From assembly GCA_963664405.1 (NCBI GenBank), contig OY761158.1, forward strand, positions 224,001-288,000: a stretch of DNA of 64,000 nucleotides, in the 5' to 3' direction. Below are positions 46,821 to 56,924 of the stretch, in pieces (the stretch's first letter is position 1; the number at the start of each line of letters is the position of its first letter). Both the position numbers and the translations under genes were made by a program. Source of the DNA: Thermoanaerobaculia bacterium (GTDB lineage: Bacteria > Acidobacteriota > Thermoanaerobaculia > Multivoradales > Multivoraceae). Under the pieces are notes generated by a model, which was given only the letters and a program-made list of their open reading frames with translations, did no database searches and was not told where the DNA came from.

Positions 46821-47639
46821 ATGGACCTTCAGAAACTCTTTGATGTCCACGACAAGGTCGTGTGTGTGACCGGTGGGGGAAGCGGCATCGGGCGGATGAT
46901 CGCGGGTGGGTTCGTCGCCGGCGGCGCACAGGTAACCATCGCGTCGCGCAGGGATCTCTCGGGTGTGGCAGAGGAGCTGAATGAGGAGGGGCCTGGCCGC
47001 TGCACCGGTCTGAGGGCCGATCTGTCGCAGGATGAGGACATCGCGGCGCTGGCGCAGACGCTCCAGGAGCGGGAGGGCAAGCTCGATGTGCTGGTCAACA
47101 ACGCCGGACTCACCGCCATGCACGAGTTCGAAGAGTTCCCGATGGACGTCTGGCAGGACGTCCTCGCGGTGAACTTGAGAGCCCCATTCGCGCTCACCAG
47201 GGCGTGTCTGCCGCTGCTGACCGCCGCGGGCAGTGCCCGCTCACACGCGTCGGTCATCAACATCACCTCCATCGATGGGATCCGCATACCCCAGGACGAC
47301 GACTGGGCGTACGGCCTGGGCAAGGCGGCGCTGAATCACTTGACGAAGAAGATGGCCTCAGTCCTCGGAAACAGAGGCGGTCGGGAGGGGGGCCGGAACA
47401 TCACTTTCAATGCCATTGCACCGGGTCCGTTCCCCGGCATGCTCGACCAATACGGATGGCTCGCGGACGAACAGATCAGAGCATCCATCGTTGGTTATAC
47501 CGTGGTGGGTCGCATCGGGGAGCCCGAGGACATGGCGGCTGCCTGCATCTATCTGGCGAGTCGCGCGGGCGCCTTCATCACCGGTGCCGTGATCCCCGTC
47601 GACGGTGGCTTTCTCGTCGGACCGGACGCCAACGTCTGA
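46821..47639 (+). CDS. Short-chain dehydrogenase/reductase (RhlG-like)
   Basis: TGGGSGIG, LVNNAG, YGLGK (YxxxK), ITGAVIPVDGG; RBS AAGGAG. Confidence 0.92.
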   Translation: MDLQKLFDVHDKVVCVTGGGSGIGRMIAGGFVAGGAQVTIASRRDLSGVAEELNEEGPGRCTGLRADLSQDEDIAALAQTLQEREGKLDVLVNNAGLTAMHEFEEFPMDVWQDVLAVNLRAPFALTRACLPLLTAAGSARSHASVINITSIDGIRIPQDDDWAYGLGKAALNHLTKKMASVLGNRGGREGGRNITFNAIAPGPFPGMLDQYGWLADEQIRASIVGYTVVGRIGEPEDMAAACIYLASRAGAFITGAVIPVDGGFLVGPDANV

Positions 47640-48350
47640 TCAAGAAGCTCTCTCCTCGAGGAAGTTCAGAATCCAACTCGACACCAGGCGCTCATCGGTC
47701 TCTTTGGCAAGCGAGGCGATGGCTCGCTCGAAGGTCTGGTCATCAAACACTTCCCTACGAAGGTGTATTAACGCCTCGGCATAGGGCCTGGTGAATTCGG
47801 GGTGGCATTGAAAGGTGAGCACTTGCTCGCCCACCACAAAGCCCGCGTTTGGGCAGAGCTTGCTACCTAGAAACAAACGAGCGTTATCGGGAAGTTCCGC
47901 AACCTGGTCCTGGTGAACCGCAACCAGATCAAGGTGGGACGCATTGGGTTGCATCCACCCCTCTCGGCTGAGAATTTGCGCGCCATGCACGCCTACTCCC
48001 CAACCGGTTCCGGCAGCCGCAACGCGTCCCCCGAAATAGTGAGCCATGAGTTGATGACCGAAACAGATGCCAACGATCTTACGTTTCGCGGCGAGCGCAG
48101 CATCGACGAATTCGACCAGCGGCTCGATCCACGGTTGGTCCTCGTACACGCTGTTTCGACTGCCGGTGATGATATAGGCATCGCAGGCCTCCGGTTCCGG
48201 ATAGATCATGAGCTGCGCATCGTAGGCACACATTTTCGGACCGGGATCTCCGCCCCTTGCCAACAGGTCGGCAAACATTTCCGGGTAGTCACCCCATTTC
48301 GGGCGTAGCTCGCCTCGTACTGAATCTGTGCACAAAACGCCTACATGCAT
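47640..48350 (-). CDS. Class I glutamine amidotransferase-like (gamma-glutamyl hydrolase-type)
   Basis: ITGS, GICFGHQ, HQDQV, FQCHPEF (Cys-His-Glu triad). Confidence 0.9.
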   Translation of the reverse strand: MHVGVLCTDSVRGELRPKWGDYPEMFADLLARGGDPGPKMCAYDAQLMIYPEPEACDAYIITGSRNSVYEDQPWIEPLVEFVDAALAAKRKIVGICFGHQLMAHYFGGRVAAAGTGWGVGVHGAQILSREGWMQPNASHLDLVAVHQDQVAELPDNARLFLGSKLCPNAGFVVGEQVLTFQCHPEFTRPYAEALIHLRREVFDDQTFERAIASLAKETDERLVSSWILNFLEERAS

Positions 48351-48555
48351 CCTTCGACCCCATTCGAGGCACGATCGCTAGCGGGCTCGTGGTAGTCACC
48401 ACTCCCCATCGAGCTCGTCTCTCTTGCGCGGTCATACCACGACCCCGCTAGCTGATGTTTCCCGCCAAGCGCGCTTCGCGCGCGGCTCAGAGCGACTAGC
48501 GCCGCAAGCAAACTTGACCGAATTGTCAACTTCTCTGGCCCTAGTCGCTCTGCCT

Positions 48556-49947
48556 TCATGCCAGCTCGAGGAATCGCTCCAGGTCTCTGTTTGTCACCAT
48601 CTTTGCGAAGTGCTCCGACTGCGCGCGCCGCGTGCCCGCGTAGATCTCGACAAAGTCGTCGCCGAATAATCGTCGTGCGTCGGCCGAGGCGTGAAATCTC
48701 TCTATAGCCGCTTCGAAAGTGGCCGGAAAACGCAATGCATCCGGCACGCTCTCATTCAAATGACTGGCACGCTCGACAGGCTGGCTAGGTTCCAACTTCT
48801 GCTCGACGCCTTCGAGGCCCGCCGCAAGCAAACACGCAGCAACCAGATACGGATTAGAGTCAGACCCGGGCGCACGCAATTCAATACGCTGCGACACCTC
48901 GGAGCCTTCGATGATACGCATCCCGGTGGTGCGATTCTCGAACCCCCAGTCCGCAACCGTTGGAGCGTGTCTGCCGGGTACGAAGCGCTTAAAGGAGTTG
49001 ATATTGGGTGCCATCATGAGCAGCAGGTCGGGCAACAGGTTCTGCACGCCGCCGATAAAGAACCGCTGCAAGTCACTCATCGAGTGTTCTGTGTCGCGAT
49101 CAAAGAACACGTTTTTCCTATCTTCATCGAGCAAAGAGAAATGAACGTGCCCACTCTGACCTTCACCGTCTTCAAAGGGCTTGGCCATAAACGTCAGCGT
49201 TAAATCGTGACGTCTGGCCAATACCTTTGCATAGGTCTTGAAAAGTACCGCGTCATCCAGCGCTGTAATGCCGGTCTGATGGAGCAGAGCGATCTCGCCC
49301 AGGCCGGTCGAAAACTCCCAGTGCATGCCGGAGACACCAATGTCCAATCGCTCGCACACACTACGCATTTCCGCGAAAAACTCCGACCACACGCTTTGAT
49401 GCATGATGCCCAAGGTCGAACTAGCATCGTCGACGAGGGTCAGGTCGGTGAAATGTTTTTTCCGCAAGGAGTCCGGCGATTCGCGCAAGAGACGGTACTC
49501 ATACTCGAGGCCGTACACGGGCGTAAGACCGAGAGACCTGGCCCGATCTTCTACCACGCCATACAGTCGGCGAGGGTCCCAGCCACTCCCTTGAGTACCC
49601 TCGGCAAACTGATTGAAGAAGAACAGACTGGAATCAGCATCTTCGAACGGCAGCGTGCGGGGCCGCTCCCAGTCGATGTCACCCGCGTTATCGCCCAACC
49701 CGCCGCCGGGCTTCAGATACCCGCTGGGGAACAGGACGTCGTCGCCCAAATCGAGCGCCAACATGAAAGGTACGAAGGGCAGCCCGCTTGGATATCCAGA
49801 CAGCAGCCTCTCAGCGCTGACGGTTTTGCCGCGAAGTTGACCCTGCAAATCGACAAGCGCGACGGTTGCGTACTTCGCGCCACATTCCTCGAAACGGGCC
49901 TTGATCAGTTCGAACGCGTCAGACACTCGAATTGTCTCCCTTGTCAC
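48556..49947 (-). CDS. Glutamine synthetase-like gamma-glutamyl ligase (PuuA-like)
   Basis: DLQGQLRGK, GLEYEY, TFMAKP, SGHVHFSL, NSFKRFVPG, WGFENRT, ELRAPGSDSNPYL. Confidence 0.88.
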   Translation of the reverse strand: MTRETIRVSDAFELIKARFEECGAKYATVALVDLQGQLRGKTVSAERLLSGYPSGLPFVPFMLALDLGDDVLFPSGYLKPGGGLGDNAGDIDWERPRTLPFEDADSSLFFFNQFAEGTQGSGWDPRRLYGVVEDRARSLGLTPVYGLEYEYRLLRESPDSLRKKHFTDLTLVDDASSTLGIMHQSVWSEFFAEMRSVCERLDIGVSGMHWEFSTGLGEIALLHQTGITALDDAVLFKTYAKVLARRHDLTLTFMAKPFEDGEGQSGHVHFSLLDEDRKNVFFDRDTEHSMSDLQRFFIGGVQNLLPDLLLMMAPNINSFKRFVPGRHAPTVADWGFENRTTGMRIIEGSEVSQRIELRAPGSDSNPYLVAACLLAAGLEGVEQKLEPSQPVERASHLNESVPDALRFPATFEAAIERFHASADARRLFGDDFVEIYAGTRRAQSEHFAKMVTNRDLERFLELA

Positions 49948-49998
49948 GACTCTGAGGAGTGGTTCGTCGTGAGTCAGTCTTTCGTCGGCGTGGTCTCG

Positions 49999-51114
49999 TC
50001 AGCTGCCGCCGTTCTTCTTCGTCTCCAGCGCTTCCTTCTCGAGCAGCCGGGCCCCACGCATGATGTTGCCGAGGGCGTAGTTGCCTTCGTGACAGGCGTA
50101 CTCGTAGACCCTCTCGTCGCTGGCGCGCCAGACATACTCGCCGGTCCACGGAGCCTGCCAGAGGGTGTCGTCCTCGACTGTGAAGTTGTACAGAAGGTCG
50201 CCGTTGTCGAGTCGGCTGAAGCGCTCCACCAGGTGGGTGTTGGCGCCAACGATGTTTCCGATCAGCCCCCCGCTCGGCGCGCGGAGCTCCGTGCCCTTCG
50301 GGTTGTAGTTGGTGGTGTCGACGACTAACGTGTCACCCTCCCACCAGCCGACCGAGTCACCCAACCAGTGCTGGATTTGGGGACCGAGATGCTCACTGTT
50401 CATCCGGACGATGCGGGCGTCGTGGACCATCTCGATCACGATCATCACATAGTCGTCGGTCTGCACGATCCGCTTGAAGCTGTTGTACATACCGGGAATG
50501 GGCGGTGCCGCCCCGCTGAAGCCGAGGAGGCAACGCTCGCTGATATGAAGCTGCTCCATGTTGTCGTACGGGCCGGGTCCCTCCTCGTCGATCCACCACG
50601 CGGTGCCGTCGTTGCCGTGGGCAATGATCGGATGCCGGCCGAGCAACGCCGCCAGCGCCTTGCGCCCCTCCGGCGTCATCGGTGGGAACTGACCGTTGTT
50701 CGGATCGATGATGATCGAGGTCGGGAACTTGGCGTCGACGCTGAAGGCGTCGGTGCCGGGATCGATCCAGAAGTGGTTGTAGCCGCCGACGTTGCCCCCC
50801 GCGCCGGGAGAGCCGTCTCCGCCCTCGGGCGGTGCCAGCCGATTGGGGTCGCTCGACTGTGAGCTCTTCTCGACGTTGCGCCGCTCCTCCTCGGCCAGCT
50901 TGTCGGCCTCCTCTCTGGTGAGATACAGAGTGTCGCCGAATTGGTCCGGCCTCACGAGGGGCGTGAGCGTCGCGCCGTCGTAGGTGCCGGAGAGGTCCGG
51001 TCGGCCCGACGCGGTCCGACGGAGTCCTTCCTCAGCCGCCACCGCCGCGGTGCACACCAGCGCCAGGCCGGTTGTGAGAATGGCCGTGATCGGAACCCGG
51101 TGAAACTGTTGCAT
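49999..51114 (-). CDS. Conserved secreted protein of unknown function
   Basis: Signal peptide; RTASGRPDLSG, GGYNHFW, ERCL, GDSVGWWEGDTLVVDTTN, EYACHEGNY. Confidence 0.8.
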   Translation of the reverse strand: MQQFHRVPITAILTTGLALVCTAAVAAEEGLRRTASGRPDLSGTYDGATLTPLVRPDQFGDTLYLTREEADKLAEEERRNVEKSSQSSDPNRLAPPEGGDGSPGAGGNVGGYNHFWIDPGTDAFSVDAKFPTSIIIDPNNGQFPPMTPEGRKALAALLGRHPIIAHGNDGTAWWIDEEGPGPYDNMEQLHISERCLLGFSGAAPPIPGMYNSFKRIVQTDDYVMIVIEMVHDARIVRMNSEHLGPQIQHWLGDSVGWWEGDTLVVDTTNYNPKGTELRAPSGGLIGNIVGANTHLVERFSRLDNGDLLYNFTVEDDTLWQAPWTGEYVWRASDERVYEYACHEGNYALGNIMRGARLLEKEALETKKNGGS

Positions 51115-51195
51115 GACGATCCTCTCTCGCCGAAGGAGTGGCCGCGGTCCGCCGCGTAGGGCTCGACGATGTCGTGGGTGAGGAGGAATGATAGC

Positions 51196-51372
51196 AGCGG
51201 GTACGAGGCTGTCGTGTTGATAGAGTCAGTAAAGATCCTCGAAGCCTACCTGACGCGCCGCGCCGAATCGCTGGTTCTATCGCGAGCAAGGCAGCATCAG
51301 CGACGGCTGCTGGAGAATTGGACCCTGGCCAGACAGCACGAGCCTCTCATTCTGATCGAGCCTCTGGATTGA
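51196..51372 (+). pseudogene. DUF4160-family remnant (C-terminal part)
   Basis: YEAVVLIESVKILEAYLTRRAESLV...HQRRLLENW...[10 protein letters not shown]; the N-terminal HxPPHFH motif is missing. Confidence 0.6.
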
Positions 51373-51721
51373 ATTCGTAATGAGCCGAGCTAGACGCGTC
51401 CAACGCCAGCGCGATGAGAAGAGTGCGATCGAGCAGCTGTATCTTTGCTGTGGTCAGGCTGCCGACGAAGTCGGAGAGGGCGGACTTGTGAAGGCTGACT
51501 AGGGCATCACAGTGGATGCAGGAGTCATGGCGAAGCCCCTCCGCGGTACCAACGTCAACCTGGGTCGAAAGCCCGTCACGCCGAGTGTAGACCGGAGCGC
51601 AGACCACAGTGGAGAACCGGGACTCGATCAGGGTCTGGCGGCTGACCACCACAAAGACGCGGCTTCGTCTGGGGTCACTTCCGCCTGGCTTCTTCAGACG
51701 GTAGAGATCGCCTCGCCTCAC
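51347..51721 (-). CDS. mazF: MazF/PemK-family toxin
   Basis: [37 protein letters not shown]. Confidence 0.88.
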   Translation of the reverse strand: MRRGDLYRLKKPGGSDPRRSRVFVVVSRQTLIESRFSTVVCAPVYTRRDGLSTQVDVGTAEGLRHDSCIHCDALVSLHKSALSDFVGSLTTAKIQLLDRTLLIALALDASSSAHYEFNPEARSE

Positions 51722-51948
51722 ACCTCGACCTGGTAAGACAGCACGTCTTCCATCTCTCGTTCGAGCTCCTGTTCGGCGGCGGCATAGATCTCGAGATCCT
51801 TCTGGTCCCTGTCTTCACGCTCGAGCCGACGAAGGAAGTCGTCGATCGCACTCTCGATCGCCTTAGACCTGTTTCCCTGCGGACCGATGAGCCGATCGAG
51901 GGCTCGAATCTTCTCCTCCGGAATCGAGATCGATGTCTTGATTCTCAT
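51718..51948 (-). CDS. RHH antitoxin paired with MazF
   Basis: [11 protein letters not shown]...[10 protein letters not shown]; GTGA overlap with the toxin. TACTACGA direct repeats at 51960 and 51971 upstream. Confidence 0.82.
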   Translation of the reverse strand: MRIKTSISIPEEKIRALDRLIGPQGNRSKAIESAIDDFLRRLEREDRDQKDLEIYAAAEQELEREMEDVLSYQVEV

Positions 51949-52005
51949 ACCGAAGATCTTACTACGAATGTACTACGAGTAGAGTACGCAGGCTTGGCCC
52001 CGCCC

Positions 52006-52122
52006 TCACCCGCTCCGTCGATTGCCCGAGGCTCCTCGGCGCTCGTCGATCAGTTGGCTCAGGGCCGCGTTCTCCGGCAGCACGAGCCCACCGTCCACCA
52101 CGATCGTCTGGCCGGTGAGTAT
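52006..52122 (-). pseudogene. 3' remnant of an SDR gene
   Basis: ILTGQTIVVDGGLVLPE...stop, the canonical SDR C-terminus, with no upstream body. Confidence 0.6.
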
Positions 52123-52180
52123 GACTTCGAAAGGAGCGTTTGGTATACTTATTCTACAAAGCCGACAATGGAGGTGGAGA

Positions 52181-55003
52181 ATGCTCTTCTCTCACAATCG
52201 CAGAGTCACTGGTCTCGTCATTTTGGCGCTTGTGGCGGCAACGCCTATCTGCGCCCAAAACGTTGGAACGATACGCGGCACGGTCACCTCACCGGATGGC
52301 GAACCGCTTCCGGGAGTGCTGGTGCAGGTCACGGGAGACATCGTCCGTGGCGAGCGCACCTCGATCACCGGGGCCACTGGGGAGTACTTGGTCGCGGGGC
52401 TGCCGCCGGGGATGGTGGCGGTGACCGGGACACTCGAAGGGCTCGAGCCCAGCACGGTCGAAGGGGTCCGAGTCTCCATCTCCGGCGTCGCCACCGTCAA
52501 CCTCAGGATGCGTCCCGCGGACGTGGTCGAGGAGATCACGGTGACCTCGGAGGCAGCCCTCATCGATGTGACGAGCTCTTCCGTCAGCATGGACTTCCAG
52601 GCAGAGCTCATCGACGCTCTGCCGACGACGACGCGCAACTACCAGGAGTTCGCCCTGCTGGCCCCTGGCGTCAACTCGCAAGGTCGCGTCGGGGGCGTCG
52701 GAGAGTATCAGGGGTTCATCACGGCGTACGGTCGCGACTTCGGGTCGCACGGGTGGAACGTCGACGGACTCGCCGTCGCCATTCCAGATGACGGCGCTCC
52801 CTTTGGTGGGTCTATCGACCCCGACACCATCGCCGAGTATCAGGTGCTCGGCGCCGGCGCCCCGGCAGAGTACGGAAACATGACCGGAGTCGCCATCAAC
52901 GTTGTCACCAAGTCCGGGACTAACACCCACCATGGGCGTCTGGCCTCTAGTGGTGAGTGGGACGACACCACCGCCACCGGGCCCAAGGTCGCGGACGCGT
53001 TCGGGGTGGAGCGAGGCTTCGAGAGAGTCACCTACGAGAGTTACTCCCTGTGGTCGGGCGGGCCGATCAAGGAGGACAAGCTGTTCTATTTCCTCTCGAT
53101 CGGGTTGAGGGAGGAGCTCATGAACAATCCAGGCGCCACTCGTAGCATCACCATCCCCGTCGGTCAGGCAGACCACTACAACCTCAAGCTCGATTGGTCG
53201 ATGCACCCGTCGCATACGCTGACGGGCGGGTACCAGTGGGAAGACGTCAATAGACCGAGCTTCTCAACGACAGGGGGTCGCGTACTCGCCAACCCGAATT
53301 CCGTCGGCATCCAGCAGGCAAGCGGCCAGCCGTACACTCGGCTCGGCTACCAGGGGGTTCTGGGTTCCAACACCCTCGTCGAGGGCAACTGGTCGAACAT
53401 CTACACCTTGACCCATCATACCGCGGCGACCGGCAGTTTTGAGTCGCCATTCATCGACTTCAACACGTCTCCCGCCACCTCCCTGGGCGGATTGATTTAT
53501 CCTTATCTCTACCCCGTCTGGTAGTCTCGCGGCCACGCCAAGGTGACGCACTTCGCCGACGATCTCGCCGGCAGCCACGAGTTCAAGTTCGGTATCCAGT
53601 ACAACAACAGCAGTCAGCAGGCAGGGGCCGTCTTTCCCGGTTTCGGCGGCAAGTACTACTACAAGTTCGGGGCCACCTACTACGTCTACGCCCGCGCAGT
53701 TCACTACTACGGCGCCAAAGTAGAGGCTGTCGGGCTCTACGTCGACGACTCGTGGCGTATCACCGACAGGCTGACCCTGAACGTCGGAGTGCGCGCCGAC
53801 CAGGACGGGGCTGATCTGCCCCCCTTTCCGGTACTCGAGGAATACCTGTGTAACGACATCGGCTGCGGCGTTGTCGTTCCCGGAGAGTTCACGCCCAACT
53901 ACCCCGACGTCGTCGACTATGACAGCGTCGACCCGCGCATCGGAATCGCCTACCAGGTCGGTGAGGGACGCAGGCAAGGGGTCCTGCGGGCGTCCGCCGG
54001 CAGGTACCACGAGTTCAACATCACTTCCATGTGGCAACAACCGCACCCCGACCGGCCGCAGGCGCGCTTCGGCTACAGCCCCAACCGGTACGGCCCGTTT
54101 AGCTACTTCTTCGAGACCTCGGAGGACACCTTCGGGCTACCGCGCGAGGGCATGGAGCGACCCCAGACGGACCAGTTCGCCGTCGGCTACGACCAGCAGC
54201 TCGGGAACTACGTCGTCGGCCTTCAGCTCGTCAAACATGACACGACGGATATGATTGGCTGGTCGCTCGACGATGGCGGCGTCTACGAGGACTTTCCCTA
54301 CGTCAACCCCTTGACCGGCGAGACGATCATCCTCAAGAACATCATCGTGGAGGCCACCGCTCGAAAAGGCAACGCGCCCGGTGCGGACGCCAACGTCCCA
54401 CCAGGCTCGAAGTACGAGCAGGAGTACCAGGCCGTTTTCCTCACCTTCGCGAAGCGCCACACCGGCCGCTGGTCGCTGAGCTCGTCCCTCGCCTGGTCGG
54501 AGACGAAGGGATTCCAGGCTCAGTCAGCCAGCCAGAACCAGGGGGGCACTTTCTTCGTCGGTCTAAATGGCAGAGATCCGAACAACCATCTCTACAATGG
54601 AGGCCTCGGACAGTCCGACCGGCCGTGGGTGTTTCGGACCCAGGCACAGGTCGACCTGCCCTGGCAGCTCAAGGCGGTAGGCAGCTTCAACTATCAGGAC
54701 GGCAGACCGTACCGATTTCTGGCGCGCGTGACCGGAATGAACCAGGGGAATGTCACGATTCCACTCGAGCCGATGACCGGCGACCGCCGGTATCCAACCA
54801 ACACCAACCTCGACCTCGGTCTCTCGCGTCGCTTCCTCCTCGGCGATCGGCTCGGGTTGGCCGTCGACCTCCAGCTGTTGAACGTCTTCGACGACGACAC
54901 CTTCCATTACTGGGGTGGCTACGGCCTCTACCCCGCTCCGCTCACTCCCTCGCAGTACACCTTTCCGCGGCGGCTGGCGGTGCGGGTGGGTGTGGACTGG
55001 TAG
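52181..55003 (+). pseudogene. TonB-dependent receptor (CarboxypepD_reg-type), copy 1, with in-frame TAG at 53522-53524
   Basis: Signal peptide, GTIRGTVT, EEITVT, LAPGV, INVVTKSGTN, C-terminal VRVGVDW. Both halves are in the same frame. The paralog has TTT at this codon. Confidence 0.85.
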
Positions 55004-55005
55004 AG

Positions 55006-55548
55006 ATGAGAGCGACACCCGAGGCACCACGCCTCGTCCGCGAGGCGCGACGTCTCGTCGATCGCCGTCGTCTGCTGGCATCGACGTCGTTGGGAGTCGT
55101 TGCGGCGGCCTTCGTCCCGCGGTCGGCGCGCGCCGCCCTGACGGCGCCGGAGCCGGGGGCCGCCTTGACGGCGGACGAGAAGGCGAATCGACAGACGACG
55201 CGCGACTTCATCAAGGCGCTCGAGACCATGGACTGGGATCGGTTCTCGAGCCTCCTCGCCGAGGATGCCCGGTTCTGGACTCATGCGGCGAGCGGGGAGT
55301 GGGCCCGCTCGGAGATGAAGGGCCGAGCGACGATCCTGGACGCGATGAAGAGGGTCATGCCTCCACTGAAGGATCCGAAGTTCACGATCACGCGTGAAGA
55401 AGCGCTGGGACACGTGGTCATTCACGTGCGTCGAGAGAACTTCACCACCACCGATGGCCCTCAAACGGTGACCAATACATGTATGTTCCTCGTCGACCAG
55501 GGCAAGGTACAGGTTTGGTTCGAGCAGGTCGGGCCGCTGCCCGCGTAG
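55006..55548 (+). CDS. Tat-exported NTF2/SnoaL (limonene epoxide hydrolase-like) protein, paralog A
   Basis: DRRRLL twin-arginine signal ending ARA; DWDRFSSLLAEDA, KGRATI, VIHVRRE, GKVQVWFE. Confidence 0.78.
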   Translation: MRATPEAPRLVREARRLVDRRRLLASTSLGVVAAAFVPRSARAALTAPEPGAALTADEKANRQTTRDFIKALETMDWDRFSSLLAEDARFWTHAASGEWARSEMKGRATILDAMKRVMPPLKDPKFTITREEALGHVVIHVRRENFTTTDGPQTVTNTCMFLVDQGKVQVWFEQVGPLPA

Positions 55549-55590
55549 CGAATCGACTGCGAATCGGCGCATCTCCAGAAGGAGGACGAC

Positions 55591-56148
55591 ATGGGTTTGA
55601 CACGAGATCTCGGCCGCGCATCGGTGGCAGCCACCCTCTTCTGTGCGTCGATCGCAACTGCACAATCTTCCGCGCTGGCGGACCCCGAATGCGCCGACGC
55701 GCACTTTCTGGTCGGGGAATGGGAGGTCAACCAAGGCGACGGCACGCTTCTTTCCGAAGTCCTCTGGGAGCTAGGTCCCGAGGGCTGTTACCTGGTGGAG
55801 ACGTGGAAGGGTATCGCCGAGGGCAATGTAGATGTCTTGGCCATCATGGCCTACCGCCGCGAACAAAAGGACTGGAGGTATTTCGCGGCGTCGACGAGGC
55901 CAGGCCCGGAGACTTGGTGGGCTGAGAATCCCCCGTGGCGGACACAGCGCGCGCTCTTCGACGACGGAAAGATGGTTGGCAACGAATTACGCTTCGTCAC
56001 CAAGGAGCCGCTAGCGAAGGGGACGACGGCCCGCTTCAGTTACTTCAACCTGCCCGACGGTCGGATCCGCGAGCTATCGCTGCTTTCGTCCGACGGGGGC
56101 AAGACCTGGGAGACCGAGTACGATCTGTTCTGGCAGCGAAAGAAGTGA
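55591..56148 (+). CDS. Secreted beta-barrel-like hypothetical protein (DUF1579-like)
   Basis: Signal peptide; HFLVGEWEV, GCYLVETW, SSDGGKTWETEYD; RBS AGGAGG. Confidence 0.7.
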   Translation: MGLTRDLGRASVAATLFCASIATAQSSALADPECADAHFLVGEWEVNQGDGTLLSEVLWELGPEGCYLVETWKGIAEGNVDVLAIMAYRREQKDWRYFAASTRPGPETWWAENPPWRTQRALFDDGKMVGNELRFVTKEPLAKGTTARFSYFNLPDGRIRELSLLSSDGGKTWETEYDLFWQRKK

Positions 56149-56187
56149 GTGCAGGCGTCAAGGATGTGAGTTCGGATAAATCTAGAC

Positions 56188-56760
56188 ATGAGGGAGACAC
56201 TGGACATGAGAGAGACACCCGAGGCACCACGCCTCGTCCGCGAGTCGCGACAACTCGTCGATCGCCGTCGTCTGCTGGCATCGACCTCCTTGGGAATCGC
56301 TGCGGCGGCTTTCCTGCCGCGGTCGGCGCGCGCCGCCCTGACGGCGCCGGAACCCGGCGCCACCTCGACGGCGGACGAGAAGGCGCATATACAGACCACG
56401 CGCGACTTCACCAAGGCGATGGAGGCGGGCGACTGGGATCGGGTCTCCAGCCTCCTCGCCGAGGACGCCCGATTCTGGACCCACGGGGACGCGGCCACCA
56501 GCGGGGAGTGGGCCCGAAAAGAGGTGAAGGGCCGGACGGCGATCATGGAGACGCTGGAGTCGTGCTGCTTTGACAACACGGATCAGAAGCTGATGATCAC
56601 GCGCGAAGAGGCGCTCGGACACGTGGTCATCCACCAGCGTCGAGATAACTGGACCAACGCCCAGGGCCCTCAGGTCGATGTGCCAAACACCAGTATGTTC
56701 CTCGTCCACCAGGGCAAGATCCAGGTTTGGTTCGAGCTTATCGGGGAGCTCCCCGCCTAG
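56188..56760 (+). CDS. Tat-exported NTF2/SnoaL (limonene epoxide hydrolase-like) protein, paralog B
   Basis: Near-duplicate of 55006-55548; VIHQRRDNW keeps the LEH-like RxD. Alternative start at 56206. Confidence 0.78.
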   Translation: MRETLDMRETPEAPRLVRESRQLVDRRRLLASTSLGIAAAAFLPRSARAALTAPEPGATSTADEKAHIQTTRDFTKAMEAGDWDRVSSLLAEDARFWTHGDAATSGEWARKEVKGRTAIMETLESCCFDNTDQKLMITREEALGHVVIHQRRDNWTNAQGPQVDVPNTSMFLVHQGKIQVWFELIGELPA

Positions 56761-56924
56761 CGAATCGGCGAGCCGGACTAGCCGAGGAAAATGATGAGTA
56801 TCATTTCCCTCTGCTAGTTATCCTTTGGCGCCGAGGACGGCGCACTTTGAGCTTGCTTCTTATACGCTTCGGACAGCGCCGTTTCGTTTTCTGCCGCGGC
56901 AGACTCCTGGATTATTCATGAAGC

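Noticed and set aside
53522-53524. Genome-wide TAG reassignment or pyrrolysine
   Set aside because: TAG ends many genes here at expected C-termini (hemF, amine oxidase, GSTs), and no pyl machinery is visible.
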